A DNA stretch of 64,000 bases from Verrucomicrobiota bacterium (GCA_023391285.1 JAEWBF010000055.1:6705-70704), one strand, 5' to 3'. Positions 1 to 10,736 are shown, counted from the stretch's first letter. Numbers and translations: made by a program. The notes: generated by a model not told the origin, from the sequence alone.

Positions 1-3000
1 ACTCGAAGACGAGGTGCCGTCGGATACCTCGACGGAATTCACGGTCACATTGCCCGCACCGGCGAGTTTCTGGATCGTGACACCCGAGAGGAAGTTCGCC
101 GGAAGCGTGAACGCGTAGGCCGACGTCGACACGTTCGAGACGGCTCCGGTGGTGTTGATGATTTCGACCAGCTCGCCGTTGACGAGGATCGCGAAGCTCG
201 CGGCGTCGGACGTCGAATAATTGATCGCCGCCGTGTAGTCGTCCCCCGCGACGCTGCGCATGAGGTAGCTCACGCGGCGGCCGACAGCCGTGAGAACGTT
301 GGTGCCGTTGAACGGGCTCGCCGACCAGTAGTTAGAGCCCGTGAACGTGAACGGCAGCGTCTGTCCGATGTCGAGCGGACGCGCGTTGTTCGAGAGGCTG
401 GCGTTGTAGAGCGCCATCGCGCGCGGTGTTTGATCCGAGTGCGTATCCGGATCGACATGACCGAATCGGAAATCCTGATGCCACACATACGTGGTCTGGA
501 AAACGCCGCCGGTCTCCTCGAAGACCTCGTAGCTCTCGATCATCTCGGTGTAGAGACGCGGATCGTAGAAGGCCGGCTCGGCGAGCGGATGCGCCGCGGT
601 GGAACCCTGCGGATCGCCAAACGCCGGTCCGCCTTCGTAGGTGACGAACGGAATGCCGTAGGACGCGATCATGCGCGCATTGTTGGTCATGCGCGTCTTG
701 AACGTCGCGCGGTCCATCTGGCCGGTGGTCCAAACATCGTCGATCGTCGCACCCGCGCTCGCCGCGCGGTAGTTGGCCGGACCGGCGCCCCAGAAGAAAT
801 AACTCGGCGCGAGTCCTTCCGACGAAGCGTAGTAGCCGCTGATGAAGTCGAGACCGTGCACGTCGTCGGTGTTGTTCTGCTTCACCTGATAGCACCAGAG
901 CGGACGCACGCGCGTCATCATCTCACTGGCGAATACGTCGCGGAACAAGAGGCTCATCTGCGACGCTCGATACGCGGAATAACGCAGGCGCAGGTTGCCG
1001 CCATTGCTGCTGATCTGCCCTGCCGACGCGATGAAGCCGTCGTAGTTCAGCGGATGATTCAGATTCGCCGTGACGAGCGCTGTGCCCTGGTTCGCGCAGT
1101 AGATGCTCTGCGGGAACGCGCCGCCCGTATTCCAATTTTCATTACTGTATTCGACGTAGAGCTTCAGCTCCGGGTTGAGCGGCGCCCACAATGGATTGTC
1201 TTGCGGCTCAGTGTAGGGGTTCACGCCGTCGCTGCCGTAGCGGAACATCTGCGCGACCTTCGTGATGTAGTCGTCGTTGGCCATCGCCGGCAGACAGATG
1301 TAGGCGTCGGTCATCGTCGCGTTCGCGATGGCGATGATGTATTCCCAGGCGACGCCGGTCTCGCGCATGTTGGAGCCGGCCACGCTGTAGGAAATGCGGC
1401 GGTTCTGGAACTTGCCCGGCAGCCGGCGATCGCTCCACGCAATCTCGGGGTTCGCGTTGATGTTGCTCGGGTCCATGTAGCGGATGATGTCGAGCCGGGA
1501 GAGCTGATCGCGCATCACGCGGTCAACCACTTCGTCGGCTGCGTGCGACTCCGTCGCGCCGGGCGCGACCGGACGCAGGAGTTTCACGTTGCGCACGCCG
1601 CCGCTCGTATTCGTAAGGCTCATACGAAGCTCCGTTGTCGGTGCGACGAGCGAGAGCGTGACGACCGACGAGTCGGTGTTCGCGTCGTAAACATTGCTCT
1701 GCACGACCATCGACGGACTCGTGAACGACACCGCCGCCTGTCCGTCGAAGGTCAACGTGTAGGTGCCGAGGCGGGGATTGGGTTGATTATGCCAGAGCCA
1801 GATCCGCGCGTCGGTCGTCGGCCAGCCGTCGGCGTCGACGGGCACCGGATCCTCGCTGTTCAACTGTGCCCAGATGCGAATGCCCGCCGTGTTTTGAAGC
1901 GCGTCGGCGAGAATCGGCGGCAGCCAGTCGCGCACCCAGTGAAGATTCGTCGCAGCGATGCGCGGCAACCCGGTCTCGGGCGTCGACGCCGGGAGCGGAA
2001 CGACGTTGACCGTCGCTTCATCCGTGAAACCGCCATCGTCGGAGGTCACGCGGATCGTCGCGGTTCCGGGAGCGAGGCCGGTCACGCGTCCACCTTCGCT
2101 CACTGTCGCGATGGCCGTATTCAAGCTCGCCCACGTCACGTTCTTGTTGGCGGCTGCCTCGGGTTCGACGGTGACAACAAACGGAACCGTTTGTCCGACG
2201 ATCACCTCGCGCGAGTCCGGCGAAATCGTGACACCCGTGACGAGCGCGGGCGACACGTCGACGTTGGCGGTCGCGGTGAAGCTCCCCTCCTCCGTCGTCA
2301 CCGTGATCGTGGCCGATCCGACGGCGACTGCCGTGACGAGGCCATTGGCGTCGACGGTCGCGACCTCTTCATCGGAACTCGTCCAGGTGACGTTCTTGTT
2401 GATCGAGCTTACGGGCTGAACTTCGGCGGTGAGTTGACCCGTGTAGGAAACCTGGAGCGGGAGTTCGGTCGGCGACACGGTGACGCCGGTGACGGTCCGA
2501 AGCGTCACCGTCACTTCTGACGTGGCGGTGAAGCCGCCATCCTCGGTGGTTACCGTGATCGTGGCGGTGCCCACGCCGACCGCGGTAACCGTTCCGGAGG
2601 CGTCGACCGTCGCGACATTTTCATCGGAACTGCTCCACGTGACATTTTGATTCGTCGCGCTCTCCGGCACGACCTGCGCTTCCAAGGCCCGCGAGTTTCC
2701 GGGCAGGAGGAAAAATTCGATTGGCGTCACGCTAACGTCGGACACCGCCGACGACGCCCACCCCATGCGTGAGATGTCGTGCACGATCGCGCTATTCGAT
2801 GTGGCGACGAAATAGACGCCGATCGCGTCAACGAACGCATTGGTCGGCGCTACGGGTGCGGAGAAATCGACGACGAAGTTGTTGCCGCCATTGGCCGTGA
2901 AATCCCACGGCTGCCAGGTCGTGCTGGTGGTTGCGGCCATTGGCCAATGACCGTTGGTCGCGCTGAAACTTTCGACCGATACGTAGTATTGCCCACCGGC

Positions 3001-3540
3001 GCGCACGACCTTGTGGAACCGTCCTCCGCCTCCGAGCGTGACGCGCGTATCGAGCGTGAGCTGCAGGTTGTCGAAGGCCGTTTCGGTGGTCGTCGGCCAG
3101 ACGATGACGCCATGAGCGCTCTTGGCCGCGGGGACGTTGGCGTTGAAGCGGACAACGTCGGGATTGTCGACGCCGCGCAATGCGATGGACGCGAGGAACT
3201 CGCCGGGCGCGGTCGCAACATCGAAACCCATCGAGAAACCGCCGAGACTCGCCGGCGCGGATCCGCCGAAAGCGAGCGTGCCGAACGTTCGCGCGACGCG
3301 TGTGTCGTTCGCTCCCGCGGTGCCAAGCCCAAGGTCGAGCCCGGTCGTCGCGGTGCCGCTGAGATTTGGATTCGACGTGCCGGTGTAGGCGTTGAGCGTG
3401 CCGTCAAACACGTAGGTTTGTGCGAAGGCTTGGACGACGACGAACAAAATAGACAGCGCGGCGCCGGCGGAGCGGAACAATGTGCTGCGGCGGCGAAGAG
3501 GCGCGCACGAGCAACAACGATCGAAGGATGCGGTTTTCAT
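1..3540 (-). CDS. Secreted modular protein: signal peptide, unknown N-terminal domain, three Big_2 (Ig-like group 2) repeats, clan GH-A-like catalytic domain, C-terminal beta-sandwich; runs off the left edge of the window
   Basis: Absent from the ORF track because there is no stop in the window. Manual translation from ATG 3540: MKTASFDR...SILFVVVQAFA|QTYVFDG. Three 'NxNVTWxSx(D/N)xxxATV..G.VT' repeats (~1990-2745), 'LYVEYSNENWN' (~1130-1160) and 'VTYEGG' (~630-645). Frame is open to base 1. Confidence 0.85.
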   Translation of the reverse strand, partial: MKTASFDRCCSCAPLRRRSTLFRSAGAALSILFVVVQAFAQTYVFDGTLNAYTGTSNPNLSGTATTGLDLGLGTAGANDTRVARTFGTLAFGGSAPASLGGFSMGFDVATAPGEFLASIALRGVDNPDVVRFNANVPAAKSAHGVIVWPTTTETAFDNLQLTLDTRVTLGGGGRFHKVVRAGGQYYVSVESFSATNGHWPMAATTSTTWQPWDFTANGGNNFVVDFSAPVAPTNAFVDAIGVYFVATSNSAIVHDISRMGWASSAVSDVSVTPIEFFLLPGNSRALEAQVVPESATNQNVTWSSSDENVATVDASGTVTAVGVGTATITVTTEDGGFTATSEVTVTLRTVTGVTVSPTELPLQVSYTGQLTAEVQPVSSINKNVTWTSSDEEVATVDANGLVTAVAVGSATITVTTEEGSFTATANVDVSPALVTGVTISPDSREVIVGQTVPFVVTVEPEAAANKNVTWASLNTAIATVSEGGRVTGLAPGTATIRVTSDDGGFTDEATVNVVPLPASTPETGLPRIAATNLHWVRDWLPPILADALQNTAGIRIWAQLNSEDPVPVDADGWPTTDARIWLWHNQPNPRLGTYTLTFDGQAAVSFTSPSMVVQSNVYDANTDSSVVTLSLVAPTTELRMSLTNTSGGVRNVKLLRPVAPGATESHAADEVVDRVMRDQLSRLDIIRYMDPSNINANPEIAWSDRRLPGKFQNRRISYSVAGSNMRETGVAWEYIIAIANATMTDAYICLPAMANDDYITKVAQMFRYGSDGVNPYTEPQDNPLWAPLNPELKLYVEYSNENWNTGGAFPQSIYCANQGTALVTANLNHPLNYDGFIASAGQISSNGGNLRLRYSAYRASQMSLLFRDVFASEMMTRVRPLWCYQVKQNNTDDVHGLDFISGYYASSEGLAPSYFFWGAGPANYRAASAGATIDDVWTTGQMDRATFKTRMTNNARMIASYGIPFVTYEGGPAFGDPQGSTAAHPLAEPAFYDPRLYTEMIESYEVFEETGGVFQTTYVWHQDFRFGHVDPDTHSDQTPRAMALYNASLSNNARPLDIGQTLPFTFTGSNYWSASPFNGTNVLTAVGRRVSYLMRSVAGDDYTAAINYSTSDAASFAILVNGELVEIINTTGAVSNVSTSAYAFTLPANFLSGVTIQKLAGAGNVTVNSVEVSDGTSSSS

Positions 3541-3954
3541 TTTGATGGGGGCTTCGCCGCGTATCCGGAAATCGCACACACCCGACCAAGGCGGTGCGAT
3601 GCACAGGCAGCGGCGACGCTCACGGGAGCGTTCGATGGGCGGAGAAAGGGGAACGGATCAGCAGCCGCACGGGCTGCAGGCGGGCCAGAGCGAGGCGCGA
3701 GTGGGGACGCTCCGCGTCAGGGGCAATCTAAAGCCTGGCAAAAGGCAGGGTGGTTCGGGGAAAGCGCGCTGGAGGAACAACGGGGCGAGAGGCGCAGCGA
3801 CGAATACGTCGCGAGGGGCAGAAGAGCGGGAAAACTCGGGAGCAACAGTATCCTAACTTTGGAGACAAACGCTGGGGTGCAGGGTTGAGCATTTGGAACG
3901 GGAGAGCGACAGCCCGGCCAAGCCAGCCGGGCCGCCGCTTCCCTGACCCACGGA

Positions 3955-6900
3955 CTAGAAGGTGAACGAACTGGTGATCGCCCAGCTGCGCCCCTCTTGG
4001 ATGCGCATGGCGCCGGGCGTGCCGTCCGGTTGCGCGTTGAGCGGGATGAGTTTGTTCTTCCCGAACGCGTTGTAGACGTTGAGCTGGATCCGCCAGTTGA
4101 TCTTATCGGTGAGCTTCCGGCTGTAGCTGATCCACAGGTCGGCGCGGGTTTCCGAATCAGTGTTGAACGGAGCAGCGAGGTTGGGAACCTCCATCCCGTT
4201 GCTGTCGACCATCGGCGCGTAGTCGTAAGTCGCACCGTCCTCGTAGCGAACTGCGCCGCCAAGGCCGATGCCGCGGAGAGCGCCTTCCTGGAAGGAGTAG
4301 TTCGTCACCAGGTTCGCACGCCATTCGCGAATCTCGGGCTGCTTCTGGCCGTTGAGATGGCGGATGAGGCTGTATTGACCCCAGAACGGCGCCCACACGC
4401 GGCCCAAGACACCTTGCGGATTATTCGGCTGGCTGAAGACCGGCATGTCGCCGGCCGGCGTGTTGCGAAAACGATCGTCGATGAACTCGAGAAAATTCAC
4501 GAGCGACTCGCCGGGCACGCGATCGCGGATCGCTTCGGTTTTCGATGCGTTGATCGCAACGCGCCAGTTCGGCAGCGGGTTCGCGGTGAACTCGATTTCG
4601 ACACCCTTCGAGAGCGAGTCTTCGGTGAAGACGTGCGTGCCCGGACGGCGCAGACGCACCGGATTGGTCGGGCCATCCGGACCGAACAGCGACCCCTGCC
4701 ATACCGTCGCCGGTCCGAATTTCGGGAACGTAGCATTCAAGTCGGCGAGGAAGTCTCCGTAGGCGGGCATCACGACGTTCATGAGCGCATCCGGTCCACC
4801 TTTCGCATCGGGGAAGCCGGTCGGCTGGATTTCGCCGCGAAGCAGACGGCCATAGGTTTCAGCCGACGACCACATCGCCTGTTCGAATTGGAACCAGTTC
4901 GACAAGCTCCGCGTGAGCGTCGCGTTGCTGACCGAGGTCTCGTATTTTGTCAGGCGCAGCGAGTAGCGGTTGTCCTTCGTCGCGAGGAGCACGCCGTAAT
5001 CCGTCGTCTTGCCCGCGGGCGGAGGAAGGAGATCGCCGAAGAAGTCGGTGCGGCCGGCGGAGGGCTGGAAGGATTCACCTTTGTTGTAGAACAACGTGAC
5101 CTTCAGCGGCAGACGATCTTCGCCGAACATCTTGTGGAGGTGGGAAACCACGCTCCAGTTGCGCGACTCGACCGTCTGCGTCTGCGGCGTGACCGCATCG
5201 TAGTTGAAGACCGAGGGATCGACGTTGGCATGGCTGTCCGCGCGATTCGGCGCGGTGAAGATCACCGCTTCGGATTTGTCCTCGCGCCAGCCGTAGGTGG
5301 CGACGATCGAGTCCTTCCAGAAGTGGCCCTGCCAAACGGCGACCAGAGACTCGACATTGAAGCGATTCAACGTCGCGGAGAGCGTCGAGTAATCGAGACT
5401 CGCCTGCGTGCCGTCGAGCGGGTCGATGAGGTTGAATGTGCCGGTCGTCCAACCGCGATAGTTCGCGGGGTTCTGCGATTGCGTGGTGTATTGCGTTTGG
5501 TTGAAGCCAACGCCCGGCGACCAGGGGTCACCTGGATTCACCGAAGCAGGTGCAGTCCAACTCGTATCGAAATAACGGATAGACTGGCTGCCCGCCGGCG
5601 GAACGATGTAGGAATCGATGTTGCTCAGGTGCAGGCCGTTCGAGAGCGAAGCGCCGCGCAGGTCGCCGCTGATGTAATAACGCGGATTGATGCGCGCCGG
5701 CACGCCGCTGATCGCCGCCGAGCTGCCGATGAGCGAGGTGAACGCCGCGTCGGGCTGACGCAGTTGGAACGTGCGTAGCTCGGAGTCGCGATTGTCCTCC
5801 ATCGCCACACCGGTCAGGCGATGCTTGCCGAGGATGCGCGCGAAGAGGCTGTCGTTGTTACGAGCGAAGTCGTGTTCGCCGAAGATCTGCGCGCGGAAAG
5901 CTTCGCGCTCGGTGCGGACCAGACGATTGCCACCGAGTGCCTCTTCCTCGACGTAGGCGCGGCCGACGTTCGGGTTGGGCGTGTTGTCGGGATTGACCTC
6001 GTTGACGTCGATTTTGATGCGGTTCCACCACGAGAGAATGCCGGTCTGGCCGCTCGTGCTTTCTTCGCGATGGTAGGTGACGTCGTAGCCGAGGCGATTG
6101 TCGAGGAACGTCTGCGAGATGCTCGCGTCCCACGTATCCCAGTCGGTGAACTCGTGCTTATTGGGACCGTCGAGCAGCTTGTTGTAGAAGTCGAAGATCC
6201 GCGGATCGGCGATGGCTTTCGCATCGTAAGCGCCGATGCTGTAGAACGGCAGCTGTTCGCCTTGCGCGTAAGCGGCAGAGTTCTCGATCCAGAACGGCGA
6301 AAACGAGCGTCCCCAGATCGTCGTGTTGGTGGCACCGACGAGATTGCCGTTCGGCAAACGATCCACACCCACCACCCGGCCCGCCGAGTCGAGCGCGCCC
6401 TGCGCGAGCACGTTCGGATAGACCCAGTGCGGAGCCTGGCCAGCGCCGTTGAACACGTAGCGCGGTCCCAATTCGAAAATGGTAGCGAGCCACGGGTTGT
6501 AGTTCGGATCGGTGGTCGAGTTGTTGAAGAGGTAGGGATTCACCGTCTGGCCTCCCTGCCCTCCTTCCGAACGCGGCACGAAGAACGGCGTGATCTGATC
6601 GATCGGCGCGACGAAACGCGGACGATTGCTGTCGATTTCGCCGTGCTCGAAGTTCGCCGAAATCTGCAGCGTGTTGGCGCGATTGTTGAGGAAACCGGGA
6701 CGATAGGTCACGGCGCCATACACGCGCTCGTCATCCTCGAACGCAGGGTCCTGACGGAACTTCTGATGATCGCCGAGCAGCGCGATGCGGACCGCAAGTT
6801 CCTGCGGGATGAGCACGTGATTGTAATTCAGCGACGCGCGCTTGCTGCCGAATTGATCGTAGCGGAGCTCAACCGCCCCGGAGGTCCGATTCACGTTCGC

Positions 6901-7515
6901 CTGATCGGTCGTCGCGTTCACCACGCCGGCCGGACTGCCCAAGCCGAAGAGGATGGCGTTGGGCCCGCGCTGAAGATCGACGCGGCTGACATTGTAGCCA
7001 TCCCACGGCACGTCCGTGAGGAAGTAGTTGCGGGTGTTGTCCGCAGCCGTGAGACCGCGCACGCGAGTGTTGGCGTTCGGGTTGCCGAAACCGTTCTGCT
7101 CCTCCGTGCGTTCCGAGCCAATGCTCGCGCCGGAGAAGTTACCGCGGGGGCCGCCCACTTCGGTGCCGACCACGTAGGCGAGCAGCGACTCATTGTCGGT
7201 TGCGCCGATGTCTTGAAGAAACTCCTTCGTCACCACCGAGATCGCCGAGCCAACGTCAGCGAGATCGGTGCGGATGCGCGTGCCGGCGAGCGTGTCGGCC
7301 GCCTGATATCCGCGGTCTCGTTCGGACGAAACCGTGAACGGCGACAAGACGATCACCTCATCTTCTTGCGTTGCGACCTGCGACGCGGGTGCGGCGGATT
7401 GTGCATGAACTGAGCCGATGCCGACAGCGGCAGCCAACAAGGCAGACAATGAAGTCCGCTTCGTCGCGAATAGCCGGGTTCGTGTGTCCCGGTCATGATG
7501 TATGGGTTGATACAT
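3955..7515 (-). CDS. TonB-dependent receptor
   Basis: 'VIVLSPFTVSSERDRGYQAADTLAGTRIRTDL' and plug 'RVDLQRGPNAILFGLGSPAGVVN'; C-terminal 'WRIQLNVYNAF...SSFTF'. Start moved to MYQPIH (7515), which precedes a signal peptide. Confidence 0.92.
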   Translation of the reverse strand: MYQPIHHDRDTRTRLFATKRTSLSALLAAAVGIGSVHAQSAAPASQVATQEDEVIVLSPFTVSSERDRGYQAADTLAGTRIRTDLADVGSAISVVTKEFLQDIGATDNESLLAYVVGTEVGGPRGNFSGASIGSERTEEQNGFGNPNANTRVRGLTAADNTRNYFLTDVPWDGYNVSRVDLQRGPNAILFGLGSPAGVVNATTDQANVNRTSGAVELRYDQFGSKRASLNYNHVLIPQELAVRIALLGDHQKFRQDPAFEDDERVYGAVTYRPGFLNNRANTLQISANFEHGEIDSNRPRFVAPIDQITPFFVPRSEGGQGGQTVNPYLFNNSTTDPNYNPWLATIFELGPRYVFNGAGQAPHWVYPNVLAQGALDSAGRVVGVDRLPNGNLVGATNTTIWGRSFSPFWIENSAAYAQGEQLPFYSIGAYDAKAIADPRIFDFYNKLLDGPNKHEFTDWDTWDASISQTFLDNRLGYDVTYHREESTSGQTGILSWWNRIKIDVNEVNPDNTPNPNVGRAYVEEEALGGNRLVRTEREAFRAQIFGEHDFARNNDSLFARILGKHRLTGVAMEDNRDSELRTFQLRQPDAAFTSLIGSSAAISGVPARINPRYYISGDLRGASLSNGLHLSNIDSYIVPPAGSQSIRYFDTSWTAPASVNPGDPWSPGVGFNQTQYTTQSQNPANYRGWTTGTFNLIDPLDGTQASLDYSTLSATLNRFNVESLVAVWQGHFWKDSIVATYGWREDKSEAVIFTAPNRADSHANVDPSVFNYDAVTPQTQTVESRNWSVVSHLHKMFGEDRLPLKVTLFYNKGESFQPSAGRTDFFGDLLPPPAGKTTDYGVLLATKDNRYSLRLTKYETSVSNATLTRSLSNWFQFEQAMWSSAETYGRLLRGEIQPTGFPDAKGGPDALMNVVMPAYGDFLADLNATFPKFGPATVWQGSLFGPDGPTNPVRLRRPGTHVFTEDSLSKGVEIEFTANPLPNWRVAINASKTEAIRDRVPGESLVNFLEFIDDRFRNTPAGDMPVFSQPNNPQGVLGRVWAPFWGQYSLIRHLNGQKQPEIREWRANLVTNYSFQEGALRGIGLGGAVRYEDGATYDYAPMVDSNGMEVPNLAAPFNTDSETRADLWISYSRKLTDKINWRIQLNVYNAFGKNKLIPLNAQPDGTPGAMRIQEGRSWAITSSFTF

Positions 7516-7835
7516 GGGGTTATGCTCTGGGTTGGAAAGCACGCGCGTTGTAGCGGACGCGCAGTGCGAAAAGCGTTGAAATCGAGCGGCGGACAGCTGC
7601 GGAAAGGGCGATCGGTTTTGAGCTCCGCGAGCGACGTCACCCATCAAGGCGCGTCGAGCGGAGGGGGGATGCGGCGGAGTGTCGCTCAACTTGCCGGCGT
7701 CTCAACCGTCGCACAATTCATCGGGTTGAACAGGCAGCTAAATCGAGAGCACGGCATCCCCTTTTTTCCTGTCACCGATTTCCGGATACGGACCGCCGGC
7801 CGTGCGCGGCGCACCTCAACGGGAGCATCAACGCT

Positions 7836-9620
7836 TCACCACACGAACAGCAAACGCGTGCCGAGCCACGTGCCGACCACGAGCCCGATCGACGCGAGCG
7901 AGATCCGCAGCATCCCGCGATAATACCAGGGAAGTTTCCGCTCGTGCCTCAGCTCGAGCGCGCTGTCGGGTCCTAAGATTTTTTCCTGCGCATCTTGCGC
8001 ATCCAGCCGCCGCAGTTCCGCTTCGTCGATCGATTCCGCGCCAGGTTGCACCAAGCCCGCGTCAACGAGCGCAGGCAGCTTGATGCCGGCGCGCACGAGC
8101 CGCGCTTCGTCGCCAACCGGAGTGTTCAACACCACGTGAAAACGTCGCACCCGGGTGTCGTCCTCACGCTTTCCCAACCAGGTGCCCACGAGCATACCCA
8201 CCAGCGACGCGGCCGTAGAAACGAAGACTGTGGTGGCGAACGAGCGCTCCGCCGCAACCAGCCAGCTCACGTTCTCGGTCAGCGCAGTCGCGACCGATAC
8301 GGCCAAGTATCCGAGCGAACCGGCGAGCAGCGAGCACCATGCGCCCAGACGATTCGAGCGTCGCCACAACACCGCGAAGTAAATCGGAATGCCGAGAAAG
8401 CTCAGCAGGTTGAACGCGAATTTGATGTATTGAGAAATCGATGACAGCCACAGCGTCAAGAGGGCCGCGAACAAGATTGAAGCGCCCACCCAGATCCGCG
8501 CCGCTTTCAGATACTCCGACGCCGGCCGTCCTTTCGCGACGAAGCGCCGATAGATGAAATCCACAAACATCGCCGACGAGGTCGTCGCATACGTTCCCGC
8601 GCTCGACATCGCCGCCGCGAAAAAACTCGCAAGCAAGAGCCCAATGAACATCGGCGGCAGGATTCGCTGCATCACGATCCCCCACCCGAGTTCCGGATCG
8701 GCGTGAAGCGCCGCAGCGAGTTCCGGGGCTTCGACGCTCAACACGTTTCGCTGATAGATCAGGAACTGAATCCCGTAGAGCGCGAACAGCAGCGTGATGA
8801 CGCGCTTCCACAAATGTCCCCAACCGCACTGCGTCGCCGCGCGTTCGTCGCGCGAAACGGCGATCCAGTTGTAGATCCACGGCGCCGCGATCCCGCCGAC
8901 CAATGCCGCGACGTTGAGTGCAATCACCGTTTCCAGGCCCATCGCGGGCGAGGTCATGCTCCACGTTTCGTCCGGCAGCGCGCGCAACGCCGGCAGCCCG
9001 CCCGATTCTTTCCAAAGAAACGGCAGCCCGACAAAACCGAGAATCAAAAGGCACATGAGCCCTTGGAAAATATCGTTGATCAGCGTCGACATCATCCCGC
9101 CCGCGCACACGTAAACACCCACGACGATGGCGATCAGCCAGACGTGAAACTGCACATTCGCTGCGGGCTCTTCGAAGATCGGCATCATGCCCGCCAGGAT
9201 CTTTCCCACCGCGAGCAGAAACATGCCGATGAAGAGCACGCACAACGTTCCCGCGACTAAACCATAAAAGCCTGCCAGGCGTTCGCCGTAGCGCATCGCG
9301 ATGAACTCGGCCGCGTTGTAAACGCGCGCGCGGCGATAGTAGGTCGCAAACGCGTAGTAGATCGGCGTCGCGAAAAGAAAACTCCACCAATACCACACGC
9401 CCGACAGCCCGCCTTCGTAACCGCCACGCGCGACGACCACCGCCTCGTTGCCCGCAATTGCTGAAGCGAAAACGAAGATGAACGAAACCCACGGGCCCCA
9501 CTTCCCGCCAGCAACGAGGAAGTCGCCGAGCGTCTTCGTGCGCCGCCCGCCGACGATCACGCCGAAATACAGCACCGCCGCGAAATAGAGTCCCAACACC
9601 GTCCAATCGAGCCAGTGCAT
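7836..9620 (-). CDS. Sodium:solute symporter (SSS) family transporter
   Basis: 'MHWLDWTVLGLYF...DFLVAGGK', 'EFIAMRYG', 'GLLLASFFAAAMSS'; many TM helices. Confidence 0.9.
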   Translation of the reverse strand: MHWLDWTVLGLYFAAVLYFGVIVGGRRTKTLGDFLVAGGKWGPWVSFIFVFASAIAGNEAVVVARGGYEGGLSGVWYWWSFLFATPIYYAFATYYRRARVYNAAEFIAMRYGERLAGFYGLVAGTLCVLFIGMFLLAVGKILAGMMPIFEEPAANVQFHVWLIAIVVGVYVCAGGMMSTLINDIFQGLMCLLILGFVGLPFLWKESGGLPALRALPDETWSMTSPAMGLETVIALNVAALVGGIAAPWIYNWIAVSRDERAATQCGWGHLWKRVITLLFALYGIQFLIYQRNVLSVEAPELAAALHADPELGWGIVMQRILPPMFIGLLLASFFAAAMSSAGTYATTSSAMFVDFIYRRFVAKGRPASEYLKAARIWVGASILFAALLTLWLSSISQYIKFAFNLLSFLGIPIYFAVLWRRSNRLGAWCSLLAGSLGYLAVSVATALTENVSWLVAAERSFATTVFVSTAASLVGMLVGTWLGKREDDTRVRRFHVVLNTPVGDEARLVRAGIKLPALVDAGLVQPGAESIDEAELRRLDAQDAQEKILGPDSALELRHERKLPWYYRGMLRISLASIGLVVGTWLGTRLLFVW

Positions 9621-9661
9621 GATGAATGTTATTCGTGATCCCGAAGCGCTTCCGTCCCTAC

Positions 9662-9730
9662 TGTGGGAGGGGCTTTACGCCCCGACAGAGGTTTCCGAGC
9701 CAAAGAGTCGGGGCATAAAGCCCTCCCACA
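9662..9730. repeat. REP-like inverted pair (family A)
   Basis: TGTGGGAGGGGCTTTACGCCCCGAC ... GTCGGGGCATAAAGCCCTCCCACA; a related half-copy is at 26725-26749. Confidence 0.8.
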
Positions 9731-9797
9731 GCTCCCCGATCACGCGCGAGTGCCTTTCTGGACACACGACCATTCACGCGCTTCGCTCCCGTTCACC

Positions 9798-10736
9798 TTA
9801 CACCGCGTGCATCAGCCCGCGCAGATATCCCGCTGCGAACAATCGCCCGAGCATCTCGTAGCCGGGCGTCTCGTTCGTCTCCCCCGCCATCGAGGGCGCG
9901 TGATCCGGCCGCACCGTTCCGCGATAACCGATTTCCTTCAACGTGCGAAACACCGCCGCCATATCGATCTGGCCATTGTCGTGCCACGTCTCGACGAAGT
10001 GCTCCGCCGTGCCGCGCACATTGCGCGCGTGGAAGAAAAATATCTTCTCCGCGAGCGATCGAATCCCGCCCAGCAAATCGACACCGGCCGGTGAAAACGA
10101 TCCGACGCAATAACAAATCCCGTTCGCCTTGCTCGGCACAAGATCGACCACGCGACGGAACGCCTCGTTCGAGATGATGATTTGATCCTGGCCGTTCACC
10201 GAGGGCAGCGGCGGATCGTCGGGGTGTAGTGCGAGCTTGATACCCGCGTCTTCCGCGACCGGGACAACTTCCTCCAGGAAACGTTTTAAGTTGTCCCACA
10301 ACTTCGCCGCGGGAGTCGGTTGTGCGGGACGTCCGTCAGCATCCGTGACGTTGCGCCCAATGTTGCGCAGATTGAACTCCGTCACCTTCGCCCCGCCGCG
10401 CTCGAGCACGTCTGCGCTCGTGCGCTGCCAATCTTCCGCCGGCATCCAGTTGTAGCAGAGAACGGTCATCTCCGTTTCGGCCATATTGCGAACGAGCGTT
10501 TTGAAATCCTCCACCTGCTGGGCGCGGCCAGGCAGATCGTGCACGAACGCAAGGTGCGGGATCTTCCGCTCGACGTGCGTGAGTCGAATGCCGAACGACT
10601 CGACCCAACGCTTCGTCTCTCGTAGCTGCGCCAAGTCGAGTCCAGGATATGCCAGCACGAGTTCTTCGACCCCGACCTGCGCCGCAAGTTGAAGATTCCG
10701 CCCGGTAAGCGGATTCACGATCATGGAAAGACGCAT
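9798..10736 (-). CDS. uxuA: Mannonate dehydratase
   Basis: 'VLCYNWMP', 'LWDNLKRFLEEVVPVAEDAGIKLALHPDDPP', 'FFHARNV', 'RPDHAP', 'GRLFAAGYLRGL'. Start taken as MRLSMIV (312 aa); the track's 764-aa version overlaps the opposite gene. Confidence 0.9.
   Translation of the reverse strand: MRLSMIVNPLTGRNLQLAAQVGVEELVLAYPGLDLAQLRETKRWVESFGIRLTHVERKIPHLAFVHDLPGRAQQVEDFKTLVRNMAETEMTVLCYNWMPAEDWQRTSADVLERGGAKVTEFNLRNIGRNVTDADGRPAQPTPAAKLWDNLKRFLEEVVPVAEDAGIKLALHPDDPPLPSVNGQDQIIISNEAFRRVVDLVPSKANGICYCVGSFSPAGVDLLGGIRSLAEKIFFFHARNVRGTAEHFVETWHDNGQIDMAAVFRTLKEIGYRGTVRPDHAPSMAGETNETPGYEMLGRLFAAGYLRGLMHAV

Noticed and set aside
430..2520. 696-aa plus-strand ORF (also 2779..3888)
   Set aside because: Antisense shadow of the real minus-strand gene 1..3540; R/V-rich with no motifs
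7740..7752. 13-nt match (AAATCGAGAGCAC) to the IS110 right end
   Set aside because: No CT core or left-end sequence follows; most likely chance
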